Shown here one piece after another: positions 11,141 through 23,125 of a stretch of 64,000 nucleotides of DNA (positions are counted from its first letter, which is position 1; every line of letters begins with the position of its first letter). The DNA is from Heptranchias perlo (lineage: Eukaryota): the NCBI RefSeq assembly GCF_035084215.1, contig NC_090325.1:184450001-184514000 (forward strand), written 5' to 3'. The position numbers were made by a program, and so were the translations under genes. A model generated the notes under the pieces. The model had not been told where the DNA came from. It was given only the letters and a program-made list of their open reading frames with translations, and searched no databases.

Positions 11141-12012
11141 CCAGTCAGTATTAGGACCACTGCTCTTTTTGATACATATTAATGACCTGGACTTGGGTAT
11201 AGAAGGTAAAATTTCAAAGTTTGCAGATAACCAAAACTTGGAAATGTAGTATCCAATGTGGAGGATAGTAACAGACTTCAGGAGGACATAGACAGAATGG
11301 TAAAATGGGCGGACACATGGCAGATGAAATTTAACGCAGAGAAGTGTGAGGTGATGCATTTTGGTAGGAAGAATGAGGAGAGGCAATATAAACTAAATGG
11401 TACAATTTTAAAGGGGGTGCAGGAACAGGGAGACCTGGGGATGCATATACACAAATCTTTGAAGGTGGCAGGACAAGTTGAGAAGGCTGTTAACAAAAAA
11501 ACATATGGGATTCTGGGCTTCATTATAGGCATAGAGTACAAAAGCAAGGAATTTAGGCTAAACCTTTATAAAACACTTGTTAGGCCTCAGCTGGAGTATT
11601 GCATTCAATTCTGGGCACCACACTTCAGAAAGGATGTCAAGGCCTTGGAGAGATTGCAGAAGAGATTTACTAGAATGGTGCCAGGGATGAGGGACTTCAG
11701 TTACGTGGAGAGACTGGAGAAGCTGAGGTTGTTCTGCTTAGAACAGAGAAGATTACGGGAAGATTTGATAGAGGGGTTCAAAATCATGAATGGTTTTGAC
11801 AGAGTAAATAAGGAGAAACTGCTTCCAATGGCAGAAGGGTCAGTAGCCAGAGGACACAGATTTAAGGTGATTGGCAAAAGAGCCAGAGGCAACATGAGGA
11901 AACATTTTTTACACAGTGAGTTGTAATGATCTGGAATGCACAGCCTGAAAGGTTGGTGGAAGCAGATTCAGTAGTAACTTTCAAAAGGGAATTGGATAAA
12001 TACTTGAAGGGA
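11141..12012 (+). mobile_element. CR1 LINE ORF2 3' fragment
   Basis: FADx motif; WQMKFNAEKCEVMHFG; LYKTLVRPQLEYCIQFWAP; RGHRFKVIG. Confidence 0.92.
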
Positions 12013-12109
12013 ACCTTATTCTGTCCCATTCAGTCATGTTGCAACAAAGCATCATGACCCTCAATGCTCCCCATCCACTAGCAGCCATGTAATCTCCTGG
12101 GAGAGGCTG

Positions 12110-12325
12110 TACTTCCTGGACTATCCTTCCTAAACTCTCTAACTTGCTCCCTTTCCCCCTGCCTTTTAAAGGCCTTCTCAAAACCAACCCATTAACCCAT
12201 GCTTTTGTCACCTCACCCAACTCCCCACTTATGCATGAAGTCCATTTTTTCTCCTTTGTGAAATGCCTTGGGACATTTTGCTGTGTTAAAGGTAATATTT
12301 AAATGCACACATTGTTGTTATTATT
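12110..12325 (+). mobile_element. L2-like LINE 3' end fragment abutting the HELQ exon 5 acceptor
   Basis: Similar to 52745-52965; ends in a tgttgtt tail. Confidence 0.5.
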
Positions 12326-12348
12326 ATGCTTTTTCTTTTCTAATGTAG

Positions 12349-12421
12349 CTGCACATGCTTGGTGAAGGAAGCCGTGGAGCTATACTAGAGATGACTTTGT
12401 CTAAAATCCTCTACACAAGCA
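12349..12421 (+). CDS. HELQ: HELQ exon 5
   Basis: LHMLGEGSRGAILEMTLSKILYTS completes DELH; tag|CTG and A|GTAAGT. Confidence 0.96.
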
Positions 12422-13865
12422 GTAAGTAATACCAATATTATTTGCAGTTAGCAACATTTTTATATTTTGTTATTGTTCATATCTTTTTCTGAGTGCATGT
12501 CCCCTCCCTCCAGTTAGCCTCTTCAATGCTAATTCATCTCCTGGTATAGAAGACAGTCCAACTTGCTGTGGCAGACAATACATACAGCACCATTTCTTAA
12601 TTTGGCAAAAGCTATATTTGCAGAGTGTGATAAGAAGACCTTTGAACAGATGACCTGACCAAGATTTGTCAAAGCAGGTATACAAGAATAAGGCCTCTAA
12701 TTTCCCCTCTCCAGATGGCCTGGAATAGATTGGGAACTTATGCTGCGGGGGAGAGCCCCATCCTGCTACTTTACAACACACCCAGGCACCAACTATAAAA
12801 TTCTTCTGTCATTTTAAACTTTTAATAAATCTTTTCCCCACTTACAACCACACTGCTAATAGCCAACATTGGCCAACTGCCCTCCCACGACTACTGATGG
12901 CTGATTCCATTGTTATGCTTCACTGCACTTTGTGACCTACTGACATTACAACGAGGCATCCATTAAAAAGACTGATGCATGAATGGTGCTTACGCCCAGA
13001 ATCCAAGTTTAAGTATTCTGAATGACGCAGTACTGCTAACAAATTAAAAAGTTGGTCCCAAGCTCAAGTAATTGAGAATTTTCAAAATAGCTCATAGTAT
13101 GTTTTGAATTGTGCTTAGACCGCTAAGAATCCTTAAACTTAAGTTATTGTATTGGTGTCACAGATTAATTATACCATTGTCGTTTTAAGTGAGCAAAAAA
13201 AACGTAGGTAAAACAGTCCTAAAAGAGCCCGTAAATACAGCAGTTGATTTTCTTTCTCATGCTCTACATGTTAGAGGACACTGGATGACTGACAAGGTAC
13301 TAAATAGAAGCTACCACCTGAGTCCAAGTGTGATTCTCTATTTAAATGTGAACCCAACAATTTAACACACAAGTGTCATAAATGATTCTGTTGGGTTGAG
13401 TCCCTCTTGTCGTAAACTGCAAGAGTGAATCTGAAATGGTTTAATTGGCATTTGAGCCCTAGGGTTGATGAGAGGCACTTATCTCCTGGCATATATCTAG
13501 TACTTTTATGTTAAATTGGAATTTTTAAAAAATTACACCAGCCACTCTAATTATGGGTTGGTGCTCAGGAACAGATCCTTATTAGATATCAATCTGTTGT
13601 GTAGGTTCACATAGGATTGCACCAGGATATTTTGGATAGCTAATTGCAAAAGAATTTACCTTCCTCTGAATAATATGTTTAAAAATAATGAAACGGGCAA
13701 ACTTGGTTACTCAAAATTAAAAAGAACTTGCAATATTTATTTTTGAACCAGGCCAATAATCTCATAAATGTATAATGCAGAGCAGTCTGCAGAGAGAGAT
13801 TACATGGCCAAAGTGATTATCTATTATCAGCCTAAACTTTTAGTAACCAGATCAAGCTTGAAAGT

Positions 13866-14003
13866 CATGATGTGGAGATGCCGGTGATGGACTGGGGTTG
13901 ACAATTGTAAACAATTTTACAACACCAAGTTATAGTCCAGCAATTTTATTTTAAATTCACAAGCTTTCGGAGGCTTCCTCCTTCGTCAGGTGAATGATGT
14001 GAA
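13866..14003 (-). mobile_element. Short Penelope-like pseudo-LTR insertion carrying a hammerhead motif
   Basis: 12-bp TSD AAGCTTGAAAGT (13854-13865, 14004-14015); same tail as the other copies. Confidence 0.88.
13955..13995 (-). ncRNA. Minimal type I hammerhead ribozyme motif
   Basis: Minus strand AUUCAC-CUGACGA-A-GGAGG(AAG)CCUCC-GAAA-GC-U-U-GUGAAU: intact core, 6-bp stem I, 5-bp stem II, palindromic stem III. Confidence 0.7.
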
Positions 14004-14111
14004 AAGCTTGAAAGTGTACTCGGAGACTATGGGACTAAAGAAGCTAGCTGGTCCAGTTCCAAAGACAAGTTCCAATATTTCACTGTTCAATATTTTCTGC
14101 CCCCTTTCTAG

Positions 14112-14209
14112 AAACCACACAAATCATCGGAATGAGCGCAACCCTGAATAATGTTAGTGATTTGCAGCACTTTCTGAAGGCAGAACATTATACCAGTAAC
14201 TTTCGACCT
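14112..14209 (+). CDS. HELQ: HELQ exon 6 (motif III, SAT)
   Basis: [32 protein letters not shown]; AG/GT boundaries. Confidence 0.96.
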
Positions 14210-15074
14210 GTAAGTAAGGTGAAAAGTAATAAAACCACATTGATGTTCTGTATTTAAATTTCATTTTGGAGACGCAATCTGTTGCAGATTTAAACTATGG
14301 ATTTCTGTTTCTCTTTTGCATTCTATATCAGTGTTAACAGTTAATATTTAACTACTACAATTAGTTGAGATCATTTACAGATAACAAATATTATGTGGGA
14401 TGTTTTGTTACAGATACTTGCTTTCATTAAGTCCCAAAAGGACTCCATTCAAAATTGCCCTAATTATCTTTCTTTGTAACCAGGTGCCTGTAATAGTTTT
14501 TGCACATGAAATAAAGAATTGGCTTTAAAACTTACATCTGCATAGGTGATACACAAGTGCCAAAACAGAAAGGAAAAATGGAAGATAAACAATGTCAGTA
14601 TATGGTTATGATGTGGAGATGCCGGTGATGGACTGGGGTGGACAAATGTACGGAATCTTACAACACCAGGTTATAGTCCAACAGTTTTATTTGAAAATCA
14701 CAAGCTTTTGGAGATTATCTCCTTCGTCAGGTGAATGAGTGAATGAGAGGTTCTCAAATCGCATATCTTATATTAGGCTGGGACACCATCACACCAATCA
14801 AAGGTGTCGTTGGTGTTCAGACAGGTTAGCCACGGAAAACAGTAGGTCCCAGTATACTGAATACACAATGGGTCAAATTACACAGACAAAGAAAGAAAGA
14901 GACCCGAAAGGCAGAGAGAGAGAGAGAATGTCCAGTTGTATTAAAAACAGATAACTTTTTTTTCCTGCTGGTGGGGTTACGTGTAGCGTGACATGAACCC
15001 AAGATCCCGGTTGAGGCCGTCCTCATGGGTGCGGAACTTGGCTATCAATTTCTGCTCGACAATTTTGCGTTGTC

Positions 15075-15188
15075 GGCCTTCGAGACACACGACAACGCAA
15101 AATTGTCGAGCAGAAATTGATAGCCAAGTTCCGCACCCATGAGGACGGCCTCAACCGGGATCTTGGGTTCATGTCACGCTACACGTAA
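15075..15188 (+). pseudogene. C-terminal remnant of a Penelope GIY-YIG endonuclease
   Basis: Translates GLRDTRQRKIVEQKLIAKFRTHEDGLNRDLGFMSRYT*, matching the R..E..I..F.T..GLN.D.G end of vertebrate PLE ORFs. Confidence 0.75.
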
Positions 15189-15428
15189 CCCCACCAGCAG
15201 GAAAAAAAAGTTATCTGTTTTTAATACAACTGGACATTCTCTCTCTCTCTGCCTTTCGGGTCTTTTTCTTTCTTTGTCTGTGTAATTTGACCCATTGTGT
15301 ATTCAGTATACTGGGACCTACTGTTTTCCGTGGCTAACCTGTCTGAACACCAACGACACCTTTGATTGGTGTGATGGTGTCCCAGCCTAATATAAGATAT
15401 GCGATTTGAGAACCTCTCATTCACTCAC

Positions 15429-15465
15429 TCACCTGACGAAGGAGATAATCTCCGAAAGCTTGTGA
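15429..15465 (+). ncRNA. Minimal type I hammerhead ribozyme motif, sense to the HELQ pre-mRNA
   Basis: UCAC-CUGACGA-A-GGAGA(UAA)UCUCC-GAAA-GC-U-U-GUGA. Confidence 0.7.
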
Positions 15466-15553
15466 TTTTCAAATAAAACTGTTGGACTATAACCTGGTGT
15501 TGTAAGATTCCGTACATTAGTATATGGTTACAGTGAGGATGAAGATGAGGCAT

Positions 15554-16410
15554 AATCAAGGATCATTAAAATCAGTTTTTTTTTTACCAATTTAAAACCC
15601 CATTTTTTCAGGTTCTATTTTTAACATTAAAAGCAGGAGAAAATCAGTGGGAAAATTGAACCCCAAAAAACCCAGGTAACTTTGGAAACTATCAGTAGTT
15701 ATTTGGAGCATCGCTAAACCTCACAAAAGCAAACCAAGGACAAATACACTGTTGTAGTGAGTAGAAATGAAAAGACACTGTAATCTAGTTAAATGAATAG
15801 CAAATGTGATTAATTGCACTGTTTGCTGTGAGTGACTTACTGTAATCATTACAAGCTAGGGAGGATTTTTCTTGTGCAGGTAATGCAGTGAGTTACCTAT
15901 TGAGCCTGTAATATCCTCATATTGGTAGAATCCAGAAGGCTTGTACTTTATCGGCTTCTACCACCTTATATAGGAGGACCTCTATTTCCTCCTTGCCTGG
16001 AGCCTTTCGACTTCATCTACCTGGAGACCCATCAGCATTGATGCTGCTTTTTCTCACTTGTTATTTAATCTGGAAATTAAAATTTGCTAACTGGGGAGAT
16101 CAGTGCTACTCCACTTCTTTTCCTGCCAAAAAAAGTGCCCCAAGATGTGCACGCATCACATTTGTGACCTCATCATGCACATTGCATCACTCATGGCACA
16201 TGTAGCATGCATTGTACATGATGACATCATGAATGTATTGTGCGTGCATCTCGGGACCTGATCTCCTGTAAGAAGAACAGCAGAACTGAGGGCTTTTTTT
16301 TTTAAAAAGAAAGATTGGGTGGAAATAAATTTTTACTGATCCACCAACCAAAAAAAAATCAGGAAGATTAGGTGGTAATTGGCAAAAACAGACTTTAATG
16401 ATCTTGATTT
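15554..16410. mobile_element. Non-autonomous DNA transposon, about 850 bp
   Basis: Termini aatcaaggatcattaaaatc and gactttaatgatcttgatt are inverted; related copy at 838-1630. Confidence 0.6.
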
Positions 16411-17595
16411 ATAACAATGCAGATTATTGCTTTCTTCAGCTAGTCAACCTGAGTGTTTTTTGCATATTCCAATAATAGTTAAAGAATCACACAGGCAGAT
16501 CTATGATGTAGTAATGAAAGTCCAAGCACGTTTTGCAGTTGAATAGGAGACAGGTGTATCCAGACTTAACTAGTTTCAGGACCCCTGAAGAAAGCATTCA
16601 TAAAAGTCATTAAAGGAGGACTTTAACTAGACTTTGGCCTGAAATATTAAATGCGCGCTTTGATGTGCATGACAAATGTGGAATTACCTTTGAAGTGTAC
16701 CCAGATGTCTGTGAATGGCATTCACGTTATAGGAGGTACTAGAGAATGGCTCTGATTAGCTTGCCCTTCCATTTTACCCTCCTGCCTTATAGGGATATGC
16801 CTCGTGTATGCTTGATACCCCTTCCAACATCACAGCTGAGATCAGAATCTTTCCATCTGGAGAATTGAGTAGCAACCCTCATCCTATTTTTCAACTCAGT
16901 GCTTCGGAAGACCAACAAGTTTACCAACTCAGGCAGCAGCAGCCACCTCGAGCCACCTCAAAGCATCACTTTGCTCCACTATGCATACCACTTATTGTAC
17001 AACTTAATTATCCCCTCCTACCATCCTCACTCCCACCCCTGCTAGAAATGCTGTGTTGTTGCTGACAATAATGCACACCAATAGGTGGGAGGACAATGCA
17101 GGTTCCTAATTTAAATGAAGATTATTAATGAGTAGGCAACTTAAAAAAAAAAAATAGGGTAAATGTTTGTCTGTAATGCTCCTGGCTATAGCTTTGTGTG
17201 TAGGGAGCACCTATCAGAAAACTGGGCTGCTCACGATTTTCTGCCCATTAAAATGAATGTTAAAGACTAAAACCTTACCTCAGACTGAAATGCAAGTAAG
17301 CAAATTATTTATATGCAATTGGATTGTAAATGCGAAAGTGAATGAAAGCACATTGTGAAGCTTGTTTTTTTTCAGGTGAGTAATTTTAGTGCTGGAGAGT
17401 GTAACATTTTCATTTACCAAAAATAATGAAGGGTGTAACGGAACAATTACAATAGAATGATCTCACTAAGGGGTTCAGATGGAAGATTTTATTCTTTTTT
17501 TGGAGGTGGTGTCCTGGCCAACATCAGTTGCCGAGATGCTTTATTCAGTTTATGTGTGACAATGTTATCAGTAAAATATTAAACTTCTGACACAG

Positions 17596-18005
17596 GGGAA
17601 CTGGGTGCACAGTGGCCTCTCACCTGTGATTCCTGGGTTCAAATCCAACCCAGACTGATAGGATGAAAGTTTCCTCTGTCTGGTGTCTGTAAGGACCCTT
17701 TGTGAAATGAGTTTTGGCAGTGTCAGTCCAGCTCCTAGTGGGCAGGGCCACACATTTAGCAGCAATTGGCAATCTCACTTGGAGAGAAGTGGGAAATGGA
17801 AAATTGTTCTACTGGTGCAGCACGGGTACTCTTCTGAAGTTGAAGCCGAGGTACATTGTTGGAGCAGAGTAGAGGAAGCTTTACTCTGTATCCGACTGTA
17901 CTATACCTGACCTGGGAGCGCTTGATACTGACATTGGATGCCTGGAATGGAATAAAGTTTCATTCTACAGCACTCATATCCATCTCTTGATGAGCACAAA
18001 AATAT
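17596..18005 (+). mobile_element. tRNA-derived SINE resembling LF-SINE
   Basis: B-box GGGTTCAAATCC; block TGTGAAATGAGTTTTGGCAGTGTCAGTCCAGCTCCTAGTGGGCAGG and 3' GAGCAC plus A tail resemble the LF-SINE consensus as I recall it. Confidence 0.6.
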
Positions 18006-18100
18006 TATAGAAAAAAACTTGTGATATAAGTACCTTTGGGAAATAACACTACTTTTTAATTATTTTTGCTTTTTAAACTTTACTAAAATTATTTTTCTAG

Positions 18101-18199
18101 GTCCAGTTAAAAGAATATGTTAAAATTCGTGACAGTATTTACGAGGTGGACAACAAATCAGAAGACTATTTTACATTTTCTCGTGTATTAAATTACAAG
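18101..18199 (+). CDS. HELQ: HELQ exon 7
   Basis: VQLKEYVKIRDSIYEVDNKSEDYFTFSRVLNYK; AG/GT boundaries. Confidence 0.95.
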
Positions 18200-18882
18200 G
18201 TACAGTACAATGTGAAATGATTCATTTTTCAAAAGGAAAGATGTCCAGGCTCATACTTAATTGCAGTTCTAAAGCAAACTGGCAACATACTTCTGTATAT
18301 TGTTTCAGTAGTTACAGTTATAATAAGTACTGTTACATGCAATACTGCTAAACTAATAGAAGCCCTCCCCCCCTCCTTTTTTGATTTTATTTTTGCTTCC
18401 TTGCTTCCTTTTAAATTTCACATATGCCATCCCCAGCCTGGTAACCACTTTCAGATGTACATAATTCATACGATACAGATTTTGAATTCGTCCTGGGTAT
18501 CTGCCAATGCCACTGTGTAGCCAACTGTTAAGAGGGGTGCAAGAGTAGTCTGTGTATAGCCAAGTAATATTTATGTGTATATACTTTAGATTTGCTAGTT
18601 AATCTCTCATTGCATTGCTCATAAATAAGAATTGAATACTTATAATTAAGTGGTCTCTTCACCCAGTGCAGATAAGTAAGTGAATAAATAAATTTGTGCC
18701 TCTCATGTTCCACAGTTACATAAACAAATAAATCTGTGAATATAAGGTATTAAGTTACATACAAAATACATCTGTCCAGACCATCAACTTTGGTACTGAT
18801 ATAATAATGGAAATAGGAAAAATAAGAATGAGAAATTATAATATTTATAAGAATGTATGTTTTTGTTTTGTTTTTCTCATAG

Positions 18883-19028
18883 TATTCAAATAATATGGAG
18901 AAGATTGATCCAGATCACCTAATTGCGCTGGTGGCTGAAGTTATTCCAAAGCATTCCTGTCTTGTGTTCTGTCCCACCAAAAAGAACTGTGAAAATGTGA
19001 GCAAGATGCTCTGCAAGTATTTAAACAA
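18883..19028 (+). CDS. HELQ: HELQ exon 8 (motif IV)
   Basis: [31 protein letters not shown]; donor AA|GTATGT. Confidence 0.96.
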
Positions 19029-19254
19029 GTATGTACGTAATTACTGCAAATACATTTCATATAGTGGAATTTCAATTGTTACATTTTCTAACAACTGATA
19101 TATATGTGGCCAAAATATTAATAATACAAAGCAGTCGTGCCTTTTTTGGATCAAAAGCTCCATTCTGGTCTGATTGAACCAACTCAGTTTGATTTCCTAA
19201 CCCAGGTTCATGTTCATGCCTGTTATTAAGGGATGTATTTGTGGGTTTTTTAAA

Positions 19255-19890
19255 ATTCATTCTCGGGATATGGGCGTCGTGGGCAAGGCCGGCATTTATT
19301 GCCCATCCCTAGTTGCCTTTGAGAAGGTGGTGGTGAGCCTTTTTCTTGAACCACTGCAGTGGTGAAGGTGGTCCCACAAAGCTGTTAGGTAGGAAGTTCC
19401 AGGATTTTGACCCAGTGACGATGAAGGAACGGTGATATATGTCTAAGTCAGGATGGTGTGTGAATTGAAAGGGAACTTGGAGGTGATGGTGTTCCCATGA
19501 TCCTGCTGCCCCTTTCCTTCTAAGTGGTGGAGGTCACAAGTTTGAGAGGTGCTGTCAAAGAAGCCTTGGCGACTTGCTGTAGTGCATCCTGTAGATAGTA
19601 ACCACTGCAGCCACGTTGCACCGGTGCTGGAGGCAGTGGATATTCAAGCTGGTGGATGGGCTGCCAATCAAGTGGATTGCTTTGTCCTACGTGTGTTGAA
19701 CTTCTTGAGTGTTGTTGTGGCTGTACCAGTCCAGGCAAGTGGAAATTATTTCATCACACTCTTGACAAGGTGGTGGAGAGGCTTTGAGGAGTCAGAAGGT
19801 GAGCCAATTGCTGCAGAATACCCAGCTTCTGACCTGCTGCAGTAGCCAAAGCATTTATGTGATTGGTCCAGTTCAGTTTCTGGTCAATGT
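19255..19890 (-). mobile_element. CR1/L2-group LINE 3' fragment (family also at 33035-33750, 37262-37510, 60820-61085)
   Basis: Shared end ggcaaggccggcatttattgcccatccctagttgcc; minus strand encodes DQKLNWT, TLKKFNT-type RT C-terminal remnants. Confidence 0.75.
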
Positions 19891-20595
19891 ATAATAACTT
19901 AAACTATGCTACTTTTTTCAGCATCTTTGTGTATTAATTGTATTAATTCAGCTCCTTTTAGCACTTTACTCTTTCAATTACAAGCTCAGGTATTATAAAA
20001 ATTATCCAGAAATGAAGGTAAATGCACAATACCTTGTTATGTTTTCAAAATTAGTCAAAATGCTACCATCACCTTTTGAAGAAATGAGAAGGCTTTTACT
20101 ATATTTTGAACCATATTTGATATGCTGTTTTTAGGGCCAGATTCTGATCTTTACCTGTTGACTTCTGCAGCAGGTGCCCCTAGTTAATTTTGTACAACAC
20201 AAGATAACTTTGCTACATCACGAGCCCAAGAATTACTGTTGGTGATAAAAGCAGATTAGCATTTATATTGCAGCTAACAATCTGAGACCCATAGTTCCAG
20301 TTCAACTTCCAGCCAGACAGTCCCCTGTTCACAGAGCTTGGCTGAAATTTCAGTTATGTTAGCCACAAAAGAGCTGTGCACAGACAGGCACAATATGTAA
20401 AATATAGACCACATTGCTCAAAGATTTAAATTAATTGCAGGTAGGTCTAAAAAGCATCTAGGGGCTCCAAGGAATCCCTTGGGCATGTTTTACACCTGCT
20501 TTGATATCATGCTGCAGTTACACTGCATGCAATTTAAACTGAAAAAACGTGAAGTTACTTCCTCCAGGGAGTCTCGTACTACTTCTCTCCGGATT

Positions 20596-21475
20596 AACAT
20601 AAGAACATAAGAAATAGGAGCAGGAGTAGGCCATACAGCCCTTCGAGCCTGCTCTGCCATTCAATCAGATCATGGCTAATCTACGACCTCAACTCCACTT
20701 TCCTGCCCGATCCTCATATGCCTTGATTCCCCTAGAGTCCAAAAATCTATCCATCTCGGCCTTGAATATATCTAATGACTCAGCAACCACAGCCCTCTGG
20801 GGTAGAGAATTCCAAAGGCTCACAACCATCTGTGTGAAGAAATTCCTCCTCATCTCAGTCTTGAATGGCTGACCCCTTATCCTGCGACTATGCCCCCTTC
20901 TAGACTCTCTAGCCAGGGAAAACAATCTCTCAGCATCTACCCCGTCAAGCCCCCTCATAATCTTATATGTTTCAATGAGACCACTTCTCATTCTTCTAAA
21001 CTCCAGAGAGTATAGGCACATTCTACTCAACCTCTCTTCATTGGACAACCCTTTCATCCCAGGAATTAATCTAGTGAACCTTTGTTGCACTGACTCCAAG
21101 GTAAGTATATCCTTCCTTAGATAAGGAGACCAAAAACTGTACACAGTACTCCAGGTGAGGTCTCACTAAAGCCCTGTACAACTGTAATAAGACTTCCTTA
21201 CTCTTGTACTTCAGCCCCATTGCAATAAAGGCAAATACGCCATTTGCTTTCCTAATTGCCTCCTGTACCTGCATTCTAACTTTTTCTGTTTCTTGTACAA
21301 GGACACCGAAGTCTCTGAACACCAACATTTAATAGCTTCTCACCATTTTAAAAAATATTCTTTTTTTCTATTCTTCCTACCAAAATGAATAACCTCATAC
21401 TTCCCCACATTATATTCCATCTGCCACCTTCTGCCCACTCGTTTAATCTGTCCATATCCCTTCGCAGAGTTCTTT
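20596..21475 (-). mobile_element. CR1 LINE, 3' part (interrupted by a Harbinger element)
   Basis: (aacataag)n tail; QLYRALVRPHLEYCVQF; WQMEYNVGKYEVIHFG. Confidence 0.92.
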
Positions 21476-23125
21476 GGGGGAAAAATTCGATAAGGGTCCG
21501 TTTTGGGCAGATGCGCTAACACCCCGCACCCGACGGACCCTGGGCAGACAAGATGCAAGTTTGGACCCAAGAGAGCACTTACCTGCAATCGGCGCTCCTT
21601 TCCAGGCCTTGCACGTGGAATCAATGCAATTCGCACTTTCCACCACAAAAGAGAGCTCAATCTCTTAAAGGGAGGATGTTTCTTAGAAATCTCTTAAAGG
21701 TAGCTGGTACCTGTTATTTGCTGAAATAACAGTCTGCATGGAGTCTGAACAGAGATCAGACATCGCACACATAAAACACAGATGCAGATCCCATCCCTAT
21801 GTTTACACACTGATGAGTTATGTTAAAACACTGAATAAAGGTTGCGCAGTACTAAATCCCATATCCTCCAATCTGCACACCAGACCTCACCAATCTGCCG
21901 ATCCGAGTTGGTACCAGGTCTGCGAGAGTGCATGCACCAAGGTTCTCTGCTGATGCACTAGAGGCCTTGGGTGCAAGAGGTGGACAGAAGGAGGGACATC
22001 CTATATCCGCAGGGGCGGGGGAGATGGGGCAAGAGGCCCTCCAGACATATACTCAAAAGACAGTGGGAGGCAGCGGGGGGCGAAGTCAATGCCAGGCGCA
22101 CAGCATCATGAACATGGATGCAGTGCAGGAAAAAGTTCAATGCTTTGACATGAGTGGTCAAGGTGAATGAGGTCAACTGTCAAGTGGCGACTCCTACCAA
22201 CTGCACCTCCGTCCCCCACATACCAATAAACTCTTTCCATCAGGACTCAACTCTTCCAATCAGATGCTTCCTCTCACCCTTACACGTTACCGCTGTTACA
22301 AGCCGCCCACCCATAACTCACAGGCCTCACACGCTGGCAGCTATTCAACTGTGACGGGCACATCACCCAGGTACACTTTCTTGCAGGAGAAGGTGGCGTA
22401 TATCAAGAGGCAGCAAGTGGCCGTGGCATTTAGCCCCTCGAGCCTGTTCCACCATTCAGTGAGATCATGGTGGGCCTGTGACCTAACTCCATATACCCGT
22501 CTTAGCCCTATATCCCTTAATACCCTTGGTTCACAGAAATCTAACAATCTCAGATTTAACATTCACAAGTGAGCTAGCATCAACTGCCATCTGCAGAAGA
22601 GCATTCCAAACGTCTCCCACCTTTTGCGTGTAGAAGCATTACCTAACTTCACTCCTGCATGTCCTGGCTCTAAATGTCAGGCTATGTCTCCGCGTCCTAG
22701 TATTCAAGTGTAGGAGACCTCCAAAAACAGTTACAAATGTCGCGGCAGCCAGAGGCAATAATCCAGCCACTAACCTGTAAATCCTGCGTGGTCCCTTTAA
22801 ATAGTGCCGGTGGGGGGGGTCCTCCAGGAACTCTAAGACACGTTCAGATGGTCGGGGTTAAGACTGTGCGTTGAGTTGAGCGTTAAGTCCCAAAATGGTG
22901 TCTTATCACTTTAAATCAGCGTTGCACACTGATTGAAGCCATTTTCTCCCTACTTTACATGATTCCAGCGTTCGTTATTTGCGCCTGCGCAAACTCCTAT
23001 ACCAAGATGGCGTCTGGCGCACATCACGCAGTAAATGTACATGCGCGTCCAAGACGCCATCTTGGATGTCAGAGAGGCCATGTACCGCCGAATCAACGGG
23101 CGGTACATGGCCCAATTTAGCGCCC
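21476..23125 (+). mobile_element. PIF/Harbinger-type DNA transposon derivative inserted in CR1
   Basis: Imperfect TIRs GGGGGAAAAATTCG / CCAATTTAGCGCCC; 3-bp TSD TTT; CR1 resumes collinearly on both sides; internal Myb/SANT relic. Confidence 0.75.
21928..22162 (+). pseudogene. Myb/SANT-like DNA-binding protein relic (Harbinger accessory ORF)
   Basis: With one frameshift: HAPRFSADALEALVQEVDRRRDILYP..QWEAAGGEVNARRTAS*TWMQCRKKFNALT*VVK, then donor gtga; stops are CGA>TGA type. Confidence 0.7.

Larger units (their letters stand above)
14609..15518. mobile_element. 5'-truncated Penelope-like element with inverted duplication (about 430-bp arms)
   Basis: TSD AGTATATGGTTA (14597-14608, 15519-15530); arms 14645-15075 and 15090-15518; 14-nt loop; 36-nt unpaired tail. 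Confidence 0.9.

Noticed and set aside
14739-15424. Twin ORFs MNERFSNRISY.. on opposite strands
   Set aside because: Produced by the palindrome; they are antisense to the PLE 3' region, not genes
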